A stretch of 64,000 nucleotides of DNA from an uncultured Anaerotruncus sp. (GCA_902461815.1 CABPZE010000001.1:129374-193373); one strand, 5' to 3'; counted from the stretch's first letter, positions 36,735 to 46,844 are shown. Made by a program: numbers and translations. Notes: generated by a model not told the origin, from the sequence alone.

Positions 36735-37814
36735 ATGGATAAGAAAAAACGCTTTGCGGCGCTGAGACCCTTTTCAATGCATGTTGATCTTGATCAGTTC
36801 AACCCTGCATCAGACGAAGAAAAGTTTATGCAGGCGAAAATGCGCCCCTCTACGACCTTCTTCAAGGATGGAATGCGGCGGTTTTCAAAAAACTGGGTTG
36901 CTATGACGAGCCTGATCATTATTGTGCTGATCACACTCGGCGCAGTATTTATTCCGATGTTCTGGCCGTATACATACGATCAGATGCTTGGAGTCAGACA
37001 GGGAACACTTGTTGATAAAACATACAACAACCTCAAGCCCTTTGAATACGGAGAGACCGAACAGGCGCGTATAGCCGCCGGAGAGAAGGTATTTCCTCAT
37101 CTTTTCGGAACAGACAGCGCGGGACACGATTATTTTATCAGAGTCGTATACGGAGCAAGAGTGTCTCTTGCAGTTGGCTTTTTTGCAAGTATAATCGTAC
37201 TGATAATCGGTATGGTGTACGGTTCGATCTCAGGCTATTGCAGTGGAAAAGTTGACCTTGTAATGATGCGGTTTGTGGATATTATTTATTCGCTTCCGGA
37301 TATGCTGGTTATTATTCTGCTTTCCGTTGTGCTCAGAGAAAAGCTTGCCGGAGTTATTGAGGGTACATGGCTTGAAACAATAGGCTCGAATGTTATCAGT
37401 ATGTTTATCGTTTTCGGACTGCTGTACTGGGTGAGCATGGCTCGTCTTATAAGAGGTCAGATACTCTCCCTGCGGTCACAGGAGTATGTTCTTGCGGCGC
37501 AGTCATTCGGTGCGTCCGGTTCTCACATCATAAGGAAGCATTTGTTGCCCAACTGTGTCAGTGTCATTTTCATCTCAACTGCGCTTCAGATACCCAACGC
37601 CATATTTACCGAGAGCTTCTTAAGCTTCCTCGGTCTTGGTGTTTCGGCTCCTATGCCGAGTCTCGGTTCTCTTGCAAGTTCGGCTCTTGACGGTATTTAC
37701 TCATATCCTCACCGCCTTATTATGCCGGCAGTGGCTATCTGTCTTATCGTGCTTTCTCTCAATCTGCTCGGCGACGGTCTGCGCGATGCGTTTGACCCCA
37801 AGCTGAAAAACTGA
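36735..37814 (+). CDS. oppC: Oligopeptide ABC transporter permease (OppC type)
   Basis: HLFGTDSAGHDYF, the SLAVGF... BPD_transp_1 core, and EYVLAAQSFGAS EAA loop. Confidence 0.9.
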   Translation: MDKKKRFAALRPFSMHVDLDQFNPASDEEKFMQAKMRPSTTFFKDGMRRFSKNWVAMTSLIIIVLITLGAVFIPMFWPYTYDQMLGVRQGTLVDKTYNNLKPFEYGETEQARIAAGEKVFPHLFGTDSAGHDYFIRVVYGARVSLAVGFFASIIVLIIGMVYGSISGYCSGKVDLVMMRFVDIIYSLPDMLVIILLSVVLREKLAGVIEGTWLETIGSNVISMFIVFGLLYWVSMARLIRGQILSLRSQEYVLAAQSFGASGSHIIRKHLLPNCVSVIFISTALQIPNAIFTESFLSFLGLGVSAPMPSLGSLASSALDGIYSYPHRLIMPAVAICLIVLSLNLLGDGLRDAFDPKLKN

Positions 37815-37825
37815 GGAGGAAGGTA

Positions 37826-38845
37826 ATGGCATTACTTGAAGTTAAAAATCTACAGACCACATTCTTTACCGCCGCAGGTGAGGTAAGGGCTGTAAGCGAT
37901 GTTTCGTTCAGTCTTGACCGCGGCAAGGTGCTTGGCATTGTCGGTGAATCCGGCAGTGGAAAGAGTGTTACAGCATATTCTATCATGCAGATACTCACGC
38001 ACCCCGGACGTATTGTCGGCGGTAGCGTGATATATGACGGTGAAGATCTTGTAGGTGCATCACAGGATACGATAAAGCACATCCGCGGTAATAAGATCAG
38101 TATCATTTTCCAGGATCCTATGACAAGCCTTAATCCGGTGTACACCATCGGGAATCAGCTTTGTGAGGCAATTCTGCTTCACACCGACAGAAACAAAAAA
38201 GAAGCCCGCGAGCGTGCGCTCGAGCTGCTTCGGCTTGTTAATGTCAATGAGCCCGAAAAAAGACTCAAGCAGTATCCCTATGAGCTTTCAGGCGGAATGC
38301 GACAGCGCGTTATGATCGCTATGGCTATTGCCTGCGAGCCGGATATTCTTATAGCCGATGAGCCGACGACTGCGCTGGATGTAACGATACAGTCTCAGAT
38401 ACTTGAGCTTTTACAGTCGCTTCAGAAGGAGCTTGGACTTGCCATCATAATGATAACCCATGACCTGGGCGTTATCGCTCAGCTTTGTGACGAGGTCATT
38501 GTAATGTACGGCGGCAAGGTGTGCGAGCGCGGAACGGCAGATGATATCTTCTATGATCCGCTGCACGAATACACCAAGGGACTTTTGCATTCAATTCCGA
38601 GCGTTACATCTGCCGGGAAAAAGCTCGTTCCGATAGAAGGAACGCCTGTCGATCTGCTTAATATGCCCAAGGGATGTACTTTCTGCCCGCGTTGCAAAAA
38701 TGCAATGAAGATATGTCTTAACGAATATCCCCAGATGCTTCAGTTTTCCGATACGCATTTTTCCTCTTGCTGGATGAATGTCAAGGAAGCTATTGAAGAA
38801 AACATTATCACACCGCTCCCGAAGGAGGAAAAAAATAATGAATGA
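37826..38845 (+). CDS. oppD: Oligopeptide ABC transporter ATP-binding protein (OppD type)
   Basis: Walker A GESGSGKS, signature LSGGMRQR, Walker [13 protein letters not shown], and a C-terminal oligopeptide-type Cys motif CTFCPRC. Confidence 0.9.
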   Translation: MALLEVKNLQTTFFTAAGEVRAVSDVSFSLDRGKVLGIVGESGSGKSVTAYSIMQILTHPGRIVGGSVIYDGEDLVGASQDTIKHIRGNKISIIFQDPMTSLNPVYTIGNQLCEAILLHTDRNKKEARERALELLRLVNVNEPEKRLKQYPYELSGGMRQRVMIAMAIACEPDILIADEPTTALDVTIQSQILELLQSLQKELGLAIIMITHDLGVIAQLCDEVIVMYGGKVCERGTADDIFYDPLHEYTKGLLHSIPSVTSAGKKLVPIEGTPVDLLNMPKGCTFCPRCKNAMKICLNEYPQMLQFSDTHFSSCWMNVKEAIEENIITPLPKEEKNNE

Positions 38846-39803
38846 TGAGATCCTCCTTGAAGTAAAAAATCTGAAAAAATACTTTGACATCAGCACAGGA
38901 GCTTTCACCTCAAAACCGCTCAAGGCGGTGGATGATGTGTCCTTTTACATCAAAAAGGGGGAAACACTTGGTCTTGTCGGAGAATCGGGCTGCGGAAAGA
39001 CCACAGCGGGAAGAACTATCCTGAATCTCTATAAGCCTACGTCAGGTGATATAATCTTCAATGGCAAAAAAATTAAATCCCGTTCGGATCTTAAAGAATA
39101 CCGAACAAAAGCAACAATGGTATTTCAGGATCCGTATTCCTCGCTTGACCCACGTATGACGGTATCTGATCTGATCGGAGAGCCGCTTGATGTGCATAAG
39201 ATCTATAAAACACGTGAGGAACGTAATGAGCGGATAAATGAGCTTATAAAGCTCGTTGGTCTTTCAAGCGAGCACGCCTCACGCTACGCGCACGAGTTTT
39301 CAGGAGGTCAGCGTCAGCGTATCGGAATTGCCCGTGCACTTGCGGTCAATCCTGAGTTCATAGTTTGCGATGAACCGGTATCGGCGCTTGATGTTTCGAT
39401 TCAGGCTCAGATAATCAATATGTTTCAGGATCTTCAGGAGAAGCTCGGGCTGACATATCTGTTTATTGCGCACGATCTGCTTGTTGTAAAGCATATCAGT
39501 AACAGAATAGCGGTCATGTATCTCGGCAAACTGGTCGAGCTTGCGGGCGCGGACGAAATATATGATAACCCTATTCACCCTTATACAGCATCACTTTTGT
39601 CAGCTGTTCCGGTGCCGGATCCCAAAATCGCGCGAGCCAGTAAGCGCATAGTGCTTCAGGGCGATATTCCGAGTCCTTTGAATGCACCGTCCGGGTGTCC
39701 TTTCCGCACGCGCTGTCCTTATGCCACGGCAGCGTGCGCAGAGTCAATGCCCGCGCTGACTGACAGAGGCGGAGAACACTTCGTCGCCTGTCATATCAAA
39801 TAG
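38838..39803 (+). CDS. oppF: Oligopeptide ABC transporter ATP-binding protein (OppF type)
   Basis: Walker A GESGCGKTT, signature FSGGQRQR, Walker B FIVCDEPVSALD. ATG 38838 follows GAAGGAGG and overlaps the end of oppD. Confidence 0.9.
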   Translation: MNDEILLEVKNLKKYFDISTGAFTSKPLKAVDDVSFYIKKGETLGLVGESGCGKTTAGRTILNLYKPTSGDIIFNGKKIKSRSDLKEYRTKATMVFQDPYSSLDPRMTVSDLIGEPLDVHKIYKTREERNERINELIKLVGLSSEHASRYAHEFSGGQRQRIGIARALAVNPEFIVCDEPVSALDVSIQAQIINMFQDLQEKLGLTYLFIAHDLLVVKHISNRIAVMYLGKLVELAGADEIYDNPIHPYTASLLSAVPVPDPKIARASKRIVLQGDIPSPLNAPSGCPFRTRCPYATAACAESMPALTDRGGEHFVACHIK

Positions 39804-39836
39804 TTCCCCTAAAAAAATAATATAAAGGAGTTTATC

Positions 39837-41690
39837 ATGAAAAAAATTCTATCACTCGCGCTTGCGGTTGTGATGCTTTGCTCAGTTGTACTTACCGGCT
39901 GTGCAAAGAAAACTACCGAAGCCATCTCGGTATGCCTTGCATCCGAGCCTCAGACAATTGACCCTGCGCTTAACTCCGCTGTTGACGGCGCCACCATGAT
40001 CATTCACGCCTTTTCCGGTCTTGTCGGTTACCGTCAGAATTCCAAGGGCGCGCTTGAACTCTTTGCTGACTGCGCTGCCGAGCTTGTTGAAGGTGTAGCA
40101 GGTGCCGACGGCAAGGTAACGTACACCTACACTCTTCGTGACGGTCTGAAATGGTCGGACGGTTCAGAGCTTACCGCTGCTGATTTCGTTTACGCCTGGA
40201 ACAGAGCCGTTGATCCCATGACTGCCGCAGACTATGGCTACATGTTTGATGTTATCGACGGTTATGAAGCTGTTTGCGACAAGTATGAGCTGAACGAAGA
40301 CGGAAGCATCAAGCTTGATGCCAACGAAAAGCCTGTTGTTAAAAATCCCGATGCGAAACTCAATGTTACCGCTGACGGCAACAAGCTGACGGTCGTTCTT
40401 AAAAACGCAGTTCCTTACTGGAACGAGCTGCTTGCTTTCCCGACCTACATGCCCGTAAAGCAGTCTGTTGTTGAGGCTGATCCCGACGGTTGGGCAACCA
40501 AGCCTGAGAGCTACATCGGCAACGGTCCGTACATCATGACAGAATGGGTACACGACTCCAAGATCGTTTACAAAAAGAACGAGAACTATCACAATGCTGA
40601 CGCCATCACCGTAAATCAGATCAACTTCTACCTCTCCGATGACGCCAATAACATGCTTGCCAACTTCAAAAACGGTACATGGCAGATGATCGACGATGTT
40701 CCTACCGAGGAAATGGCGGCGCTTGCCAAGGATTATCCGAACGAGTATCATGTAACGGGTCAGATCGGTACTTACTATGTGATATTCAACGTAAATAAGG
40801 ACATCCTTCCTGCTTCCAGCAAGCTTATCGGTGCAGAGAAGGAAAAGGCTGAAGCTGAGGTCAGAAAGGCTGTTTCGCTCCTGTTCGATCGCAACTACAT
40901 TGTTGAAGAGATTGGTCAGGCAGGTCAGCTTCCCGCTTCCTCCTTCGTCGCCATGGGTCTTACCGATGCTGACGGCAAAACCGAATTCAAGGACAATGCC
41001 GGCGACAAGAGTAAGAACGGTTATGTCGGTTATCTGAACACCGCAAAAGAGGCATTTGAAGCCAACTGTGCTTCTGCTGTTGAAACTCTGAAGAAGTATT
41101 ATACTTATGATGAGGCAACCAAGAAGTTCACGGACTTCCCGTCCATGACTTACCTCTATAATACAAGTGACGGTCACCGTGCGATCGGTGAATATCTGCA
41201 GCAGGCTCTTGCCGCTTACGGCATCACCATGACACTTGAAAATCAGGAATGGAACACCTTCCTTGAGACCCGTAAGAACGGTGGTTACACCATTGCACGT
41301 AACGGCTGGCTCGCCGACTACAATGATCCTATTTCCTTCCTGGATATGTGGATCACTGCTTCCGGCAATAACGACGCTCAGTTCGGTAAGGACGACCACA
41401 AGAATCTTGCTTGCTACTCTGTAGACCTTACCTCTCTCGGTATCGACTACAAGAAGACCGACGCAACATGGGCTGAAACCTATGACTATGTTATAGGTCT
41501 TGTCAAGTCCACAACTGATACCAACACCAGATATGCTCTTATGCATGTTGCTGAGGATCTGCTTATGGAAAGCGGAGCAATTGTCCCGCTTTACTACTAC
41601 ACCGACATTTATATGTGCTCCGAAAAGCTCGAGGGTATGTTCTCATCTCCTCTTGGCTATAAGTTCTTTATGTACTCTAATCTTAAGTAA
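39837..41690 (+). CDS. oppA: Peptide ABC transporter substrate-binding lipoprotein (family 5, OppA type)
   Basis: Lipobox VVLTGCAKK. Large SBP_bac_5-like ORF (WSDGSELTAADFVYAW, GNGPYIM). Confidence 0.9.
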   Translation: MKKILSLALAVVMLCSVVLTGCAKKTTEAISVCLASEPQTIDPALNSAVDGATMIIHAFSGLVGYRQNSKGALELFADCAAELVEGVAGADGKVTYTYTLRDGLKWSDGSELTAADFVYAWNRAVDPMTAADYGYMFDVIDGYEAVCDKYELNEDGSIKLDANEKPVVKNPDAKLNVTADGNKLTVVLKNAVPYWNELLAFPTYMPVKQSVVEADPDGWATKPESYIGNGPYIMTEWVHDSKIVYKKNENYHNADAITVNQINFYLSDDANNMLANFKNGTWQMIDDVPTEEMAALAKDYPNEYHVTGQIGTYYVIFNVNKDILPASSKLIGAEKEKAEAEVRKAVSLLFDRNYIVEEIGQAGQLPASSFVAMGLTDADGKTEFKDNAGDKSKNGYVGYLNTAKEAFEANCASAVETLKKYYTYDEATKKFTDFPSMTYLYNTSDGHRAIGEYLQQALAAYGITMTLENQEWNTFLETRKNGGYTIARNGWLADYNDPISFLDMWITASGNNDAQFGKDDHKNLACYSVDLTSLGIDYKKTDATWAETYDYVIGLVKSTTDTNTRYALMHVAEDLLMESGAIVPLYYYTDIYMCSEKLEGMFSSPLGYKFFMYSNLK

Positions 41691-41718
41691 TTTTATTACT
41701 GCTTAAGATAACAATCAA

Positions 41719-41760
41719 ATATCCCCCGCGGAGTTGCCTTGGCAGCTCCGCGGGGGATAT
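41719..41760 (+). terminator. Very strong hairpin after oppA (no U-tract)
   Basis: ATATCCCCCGCGGAGTTGCC tt GGCAGCTCCGCGGGGGATAT: a ~19-20 bp stem with one G-U pair. Confidence 0.55.
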
Positions 41761-41867
41761 TGACATAAAACTGTAAGTTGACACGATAGTTGCGGCATGA
41801 TATAATTTATACAATATACATATGCGGTCGGGCATAGCTTGAAACAGTCGTTTCCTACCGTGAAAGG

Positions 41868-43340
41868 ATGGATCTTGATATGGAAAGAAGCTCAGGAGTT
41901 CTTATGCACATTTCTTCACTGCCGGGAAAATACGGCTGCGGGGATTTCGGTGAGGGTGCGCGTAAATTCATTGATACAATAGCGGAATGCGGCTTTACAT
42001 ACTGGCAGGTGCTGCCGTTCTGCGTTCCCGATGAATATGCATCGCCTTATAGCTCCATGTCGACGTTTTCCGGGAATCCATACTTTATTGACCTTGAGGA
42101 GCTGCACTGTCGCGGTTTACTGACTGATGAGGAGCTAAGCTCTGCGGTTCAGAATACGCCGTACAGCTGTGAATTTGCCCGACTTGCCAATGAACGTCTG
42201 CCGCTTTTGCTCCGTGCCGCAGAACGTGCTTCGACCGATCAGGTGCTGAAAGCGGAAATTTACGGGTTTATGAAACATAACCCGCGTGTGTCGGAGTTCT
42301 GTCTATTTATGGCGAAGCGTTCGGCAAACGGCGGAAAATGCTGGACCGAGTGGACGACGGAGCGGTTTGATGACGGAGTGCTGTTCGCATGGGAGTTTAT
42401 CCAGTATGAGTTTTTCACTCAATGGGCAAGAGTCAAGAGTTATGCCAATTCGCGCGGTATTCGCGTGATTGGGGATATCCCATTTTATGTTGACCTTGAC
42501 AGCAGCGACGTGTGTGGCAGCCGTGAGCAGTTCCTGCTTGACAGCGACGGCAGACCTGAGTGGGTCGCCGGAGTCCCGCCCGACTATTTTTCCGAGGACG
42601 GTCAGCTTTGGAGAAACCCGCTTTACAACTGGAAGCAAATGAACGTGGACGGTTATTCGTTCTGGCGCGACAGGCTGTCGTTTATGCTTTCGCTTTTTGA
42701 CGGAATACGCATCGACCACTTCCGTGCGGTCGAGTCCTACTATGCAATTCCGGGAGATGCCGAGACAGCACGTGAGGGTAAATGGCGGCGCGGACCCGGA
42801 CTGAAGTTTGCCAAAATGATCAAAGACATTGCAGGCGACCGTCTGATAATCGCCGAGGATCTTGGTGACGATACGGCAAAAGCACGTGTGCTTATCGGAA
42901 AATGCGGTTTTCGCGGTATCAGGGTCATGCAATTCGGCTTTACGTCCGGGAATGATACTTACCACCGGCCGCACAGCTTTCCCAATGTGTGTGCGGCTTA
43001 TACCGGAACTCACGACAACAACACCCTGCTTGGCTGTGTGTATGAGATGCCTCCCGAATGCCGACGCGAGCTGTTTGATTACTGCGGCTGTCCCGAGGAC
43101 TTTGACGCGGCGTGCGTTCAGATAATCCGAACTCTTATGGAGTCTCCTGCCGGGCTGGTCATACTCCCCATCCAGGATATTCTGGGCTTTGGCGCAGACA
43201 CCCGCATGAATCGTCCGGGGATCGGCGAGGGAAACTGGGGCTTCCGTATCACATACGACCAGCTTTCCTCCGTAAACTCCCAAAGATACCGCAGGATGAA
43301 CGGGCTTTACGGCCGCGTCGTCACTCATAACGGCATATAG
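41868..43340 (+). CDS. malQ: 4-alpha-glucanotransferase (GH77 amylomaltase)
   Basis: SGVLMHISSLPGKYGCGDFG, IRVIGDIPFYV, IRIDHFR, IIAEDLG, YTGTHDN. An alternative start is at 41880. Confidence 0.9.
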   Translation: MDLDMERSSGVLMHISSLPGKYGCGDFGEGARKFIDTIAECGFTYWQVLPFCVPDEYASPYSSMSTFSGNPYFIDLEELHCRGLLTDEELSSAVQNTPYSCEFARLANERLPLLLRAAERASTDQVLKAEIYGFMKHNPRVSEFCLFMAKRSANGGKCWTEWTTERFDDGVLFAWEFIQYEFFTQWARVKSYANSRGIRVIGDIPFYVDLDSSDVCGSREQFLLDSDGRPEWVAGVPPDYFSEDGQLWRNPLYNWKQMNVDGYSFWRDRLSFMLSLFDGIRIDHFRAVESYYAIPGDAETAREGKWRRGPGLKFAKMIKDIAGDRLIIAEDLGDDTAKARVLIGKCGFRGIRVMQFGFTSGNDTYHRPHSFPNVCAAYTGTHDNNTLLGCVYEMPPECRRELFDYCGCPEDFDAACVQIIRTLMESPAGLVILPIQDILGFGADTRMNRPGIGEGNWGFRITYDQLSSVNSQRYRRMNGLYGRVVTHNGI

Positions 43341-43440
43341 GAAGAAAAATATCAGATTTTTTCTGATGCACCCAACCTTTTTGACTTTTTCCGCGTCTTA
43401 TAGGTGAACCCCGAAAAAGAAAGCACACGAAAAAAGGAAG

Positions 43441-46044
43441 ATGCAGATGACTGAATATTTCGACAAAGACGACAATACCCTTGTTGAGCTTACGTTGCTT
43501 GGCAAGGAGCAGGCATACGAGGAGCTGGTTACCCGTCACGAGCGCTCGGTGAAAGGAACGGCTTATAAGATCACGCGGAATGAATTTTCCGCCGAGGATG
43601 CCGCGCAGGATGCTTTTGTTTCTGCATGGATGAATCTTTCCTCTCTCCGTGAACGTGATAAATTCGGTTCATGGGTATGCTCGATAGCAAAAAACTGCGC
43701 ACGCACGCTTGAGGCGCACTATCGCAGTACGATGCCGGATATCAGTCTTGACCTGCTTGAAAACCTTGATCTTACCGGATCTGACGAAAGCGGCTTGCTT
43801 GGGATGCTTTCCGATGACGGTAAAGCGGAGGAGATAAGACAGGCGGTAAGCGAGCTTAGCGAAAAGATACGTGAGACTGTAAGTCTGCATTACTTTGAGG
43901 GGCTTTCGGTGAAACAGATCGCCGCGAAGCTGTCCCTTCCGGAGGGGACGGTCAAATGGCGTCTTTCTGAGGGGAGAAAACAACTTAGAAAGGGTTACGG
44001 TGTGATGGAAAAAACGTATGAAGAAAATGAAGCTCTGGTTGCACGTGTTATGAGACAGGTCGAACAGCTTAAGCTGTGGCGGCTGAAAAATGACAGGAGT
44101 GGTTTTGAGGCAGAATACCGTGAAGTGCTTGCAGCCGTTGAGTCTCTTGCGGATTCAAAGGAAAAAAGCCACGCTCTTGCCGATGTGCTGATCCACGGAT
44201 ATTGGTGGATACCAGGAGAAAAGAACGATGAAGTTATGGCAAGAATCAAAAAAGCGGCGGAGAAAGGTCATAATGACGATGTAATGGAGTCGGTGGTTTG
44301 CAGCGAACACGAAAAACTGGAAGGACAGCAGAAGATCGACTTTATGCTGAACACTCAGATTCCTTATCTGACTGAAAACAAATACCGCAAGTCATTGGGA
44401 TACGTCTGGTTTTGGCTGGGGTATGCATACCGCCAAAACGATGACATTGAAAAGGCACTTGAAGCATTCGGAAAGGTGCTGGAAATTCTGACGCCTTCCG
44501 ACGTCTATTATGCTAACGCGCTGGCTGCAATCGGTGCTGAAAAACGTGTGCTTGAATCAAAAAAATCTCCCGAAGTCATAAAGACATTTCCGCATCCTAC
44601 CGGTGAGGTTTTTCGCTATGTTGGCGGTAAGCTGTATTTCTGGCAGCAGCCGGGATACAGTTGCGGAGTTTGGGATATGGAGTCGAGTCTGTTTTGGAAT
44701 TGCAGCGGATGCGACAGTATTATTTATGATCCGGATATGCTTCCGGGTGATAAAATTACATCCTCTAACGGAAAAGTGACTCTGACATACACAAGAGACA
44801 ACGCAAGTGTTGATACTCCTGCCGGAAGATTTTCAGGCTGTTCGGTGTTTACTCTTGAGGGAAACCATCACGGCGTGAAATACTGTGAGACATACTTTTG
44901 CCCGGGAGTAGGTATTGTAAGTCAGATAGTCGAAAGACGCGGCGCAAGATATCAATGGCAGCTTTCGGAGTATTCGATATGCGGGGGAAACGGGTTTATT
45001 CCCTTTGCGGCGGGCAACTGTTGGAAGTATGTTCAGACCGTACCGGATAACGCCCTCATAGTTGAAAATGAAAATATATTTGAAACTACGGCGTTTGAAA
45101 ACGGAATGGCAACTGTATCGGCAATGTCATATACCCAACACTGTGGATATCGCGATACATGGGAAGGCAAGATCATTGAGGCGAGAAATGAATACTGCGA
45201 TCGCTCAGATAAGCTTTGCGATGTGGAACCTGCGCTTCGGCGCGCCGGAGAGCTTGCCGTAACTCCGCGCCAGAAGCGTCATACCGAGATCGCCTCTGAG
45301 GTAATGAGACGGATAATGTCCTGCGATCCTGAGACAAATCCCGGTTACACCGAAAAAGGCAGATGGAATTTCTTTGAGTATGATGCAGTAACAAAGAAGA
45401 ACGGACGAGTATGCTTTGATTATATCAGAAGGTACTGCTTTGAGTGGAAAGACATGGCTCGCACCGATTCAGAGGGCAAACGCGTGCTGTACAACTTCCT
45501 TTATGACATTTTGCACGACGCGGCAGACTGCGTGTGGTCTGACGAGTGGGTGCCGGGCTACAAATTTGAAAAGAATGGACAATATCCTACCAAGGATTTT
45601 TGCGTGCTTGATGAGGAGAGCGTCACAACTCCTGCCGGAACATTTGAAGACTGCCGTCACATTACGTTTGAACGTCAGGGCTTGAAGGGCGGTGCAGCAT
45701 ACCGGGGCGGAAGGTTTGACTATTGGTTTGCGCCCGGAGTGGGAATAGTTAAGTTTTCACATCCGATAGGAAAGGAAAATGTTGAAAATATCTGGCAGCT
45801 CACCGAATACCTCGGTACGGGCGACGGATATTTCCCGATTGATGACGGACTTTTTCGCAGATATGAGCCGCATACTCTCGGTAACGGTTGGCACGGCTCG
45901 GTGGAGTACACGTTTGATAAGGATGAGGGCGGCACAGTAATGTTCCGCAATGCGCTCGGTACGCAGGATCGCGCCGAATATGAGGCTGATAAAGCCAAAG
46001 CAGAAGCCGAAAAAGCCGCAAAGGAAGCTAAGAATAAAAGCTGA
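43441..46044 (+). CDS. ECF-type sigma-70 family factor fused to a ~670-aa non-membrane C-terminal region of unknown function
   Basis: Region 2 is HERSVKGTAYKITRNEFSAEDAAQDAFVSAWMNL. Region 4 is LHYFEGLSVKQIAAKLSLPEGTVKWRLSEGRKQLRKG. The ORF then continues without a stop or any hydrophobic segment and ends in a KAEAEKAAKEAKNK tail. The likely start is the second ATG (43447), given the RBS spacing. Confidence 0.8.
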   Translation: MQMTEYFDKDDNTLVELTLLGKEQAYEELVTRHERSVKGTAYKITRNEFSAEDAAQDAFVSAWMNLSSLRERDKFGSWVCSIAKNCARTLEAHYRSTMPDISLDLLENLDLTGSDESGLLGMLSDDGKAEEIRQAVSELSEKIRETVSLHYFEGLSVKQIAAKLSLPEGTVKWRLSEGRKQLRKGYGVMEKTYEENEALVARVMRQVEQLKLWRLKNDRSGFEAEYREVLAAVESLADSKEKSHALADVLIHGYWWIPGEKNDEVMARIKKAAEKGHNDDVMESVVCSEHEKLEGQQKIDFMLNTQIPYLTENKYRKSLGYVWFWLGYAYRQNDDIEKALEAFGKVLEILTPSDVYYANALAAIGAEKRVLESKKSPEVIKTFPHPTGEVFRYVGGKLYFWQQPGYSCGVWDMESSLFWNCSGCDSIIYDPDMLPGDKITSSNGKVTLTYTRDNASVDTPAGRFSGCSVFTLEGNHHGVKYCETYFCPGVGIVSQIVERRGARYQWQLSEYSICGGNGFIPFAAGNCWKYVQTVPDNALIVENENIFETTAFENGMATVSAMSYTQHCGYRDTWEGKIIEARNEYCDRSDKLCDVEPALRRAGELAVTPRQKRHTEIASEVMRRIMSCDPETNPGYTEKGRWNFFEYDAVTKKNGRVCFDYIRRYCFEWKDMARTDSEGKRVLYNFLYDILHDAADCVWSDEWVPGYKFEKNGQYPTKDFCVLDEESVTTPAGTFEDCRHITFERQGLKGGAAYRGGRFDYWFAPGVGIVKFSHPIGKENVENIWQLTEYLGTGDGYFPIDDGLFRRYEPHTLGNGWHGSVEYTFDKDEGGTVMFRNALGTQDRAEYEADKAKAEAEKAAKEAKNKS

Positions 46045-46097
46045 GTCATACATCTGTGATCTTATCCTTACCTTTATTTCAAAAAGCAAATAATTAT

Positions 46098-46132
46098 GTG
46101 GCTGTCGGGAACTAAAAACTCCCGGCAGCCAC
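46098..46132. terminator. Hairpin between the convergent sigma-fusion gene and rpe
   Basis: GTGGCTGTCGGGA actaaaaac TCCCGGCAGCCAC. Confidence 0.6.
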
Positions 46133-46154
46133 AGCCTTTGATTGTATATGAGTT

Positions 46155-46844
46155 TTATTCCGCGACATACGGATTTTCCCGTGCTGCCGCGCGCATTGCA
46201 AGCATGACCTGACGGGGGCGCGGTGAACCGAATATTGCCGAACCGGCAACAATGACATTTGCGCCCGCGCTTGTGACAAGACCTGCATTTTCGGCGGATA
46301 TACCGCCGTCCACCTCAATATCGGTGTCAAGCCCGCGCGCGTCTATCTGGCGGCGCAGAAATCTTACCTTTTCAAGTGTTTCGGGAATCAGCTTTTGTCC
46401 TCCGAATCCCGGCACGACAGTCATGACCAGTACCATATCAAGCATTGAAAGGTAGGGAAGCACTTCCTCTGCGGGGGTGGCTGGCGAAATTGCCATTGAA
46501 GCGCGAACCTTGGCGTCCCTGATGCGACTGAGGAGCGAAGCCGGGTCATTTACCGCCTCGCGGTGGACTGTTATTATGTCGGCTCCGGCAGAAATAAAGC
46601 GTTCAAGATATTTTTCCGGAGAGTTTATCATAAGGTGAACATCAAAGATAAGACCTGATCTGGGTCTGAGCGCGGAAATAATATCCGGACCAAAGCTGAG
46701 ATTCGGAACAAAATTACCGTCCATAATATCAAGGTGCAGAAAATCAGCTCCTGCTTCCTCGATCTTTTGTACCGATGATCCAAGCTCGCAGTAATCGGCC
46801 GCAAGCAGAGACGGTGAGATGTACAGCTTTTTCTGTGTATTCAT
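46155..46844 (-). CDS. rpe: Ribulose-phosphate 3-epimerase
   Basis: SPSLLAADY...LHLDIMDGNFVPN...MTVVPGFGGQ...VDGGI. Confidence 0.9.
   Translation of the reverse strand: MNTQKKLYISPSLLAADYCELGSSVQKIEEAGADFLHLDIMDGNFVPNLSFGPDIISALRPRSGLIFDVHLMINSPEKYLERFISAGADIITVHREAVNDPASLLSRIRDAKVRASMAISPATPAEEVLPYLSMLDMVLVMTVVPGFGGQKLIPETLEKVRFLRRQIDARGLDTDIEVDGGISAENAGLVTSAGANVIVAGSAIFGSPRPRQVMLAMRAAARENPYVAE

Noticed and set aside
40164-41546. 460-aa minus-strand ORF
   Set aside because: It is entirely antisense to the oppA substrate-binding protein gene. It has no motifs, and its composition is typical of an antisense frame.
42303-43328. 341-aa minus-strand ORF
   Set aside because: It is antisense to malQ.
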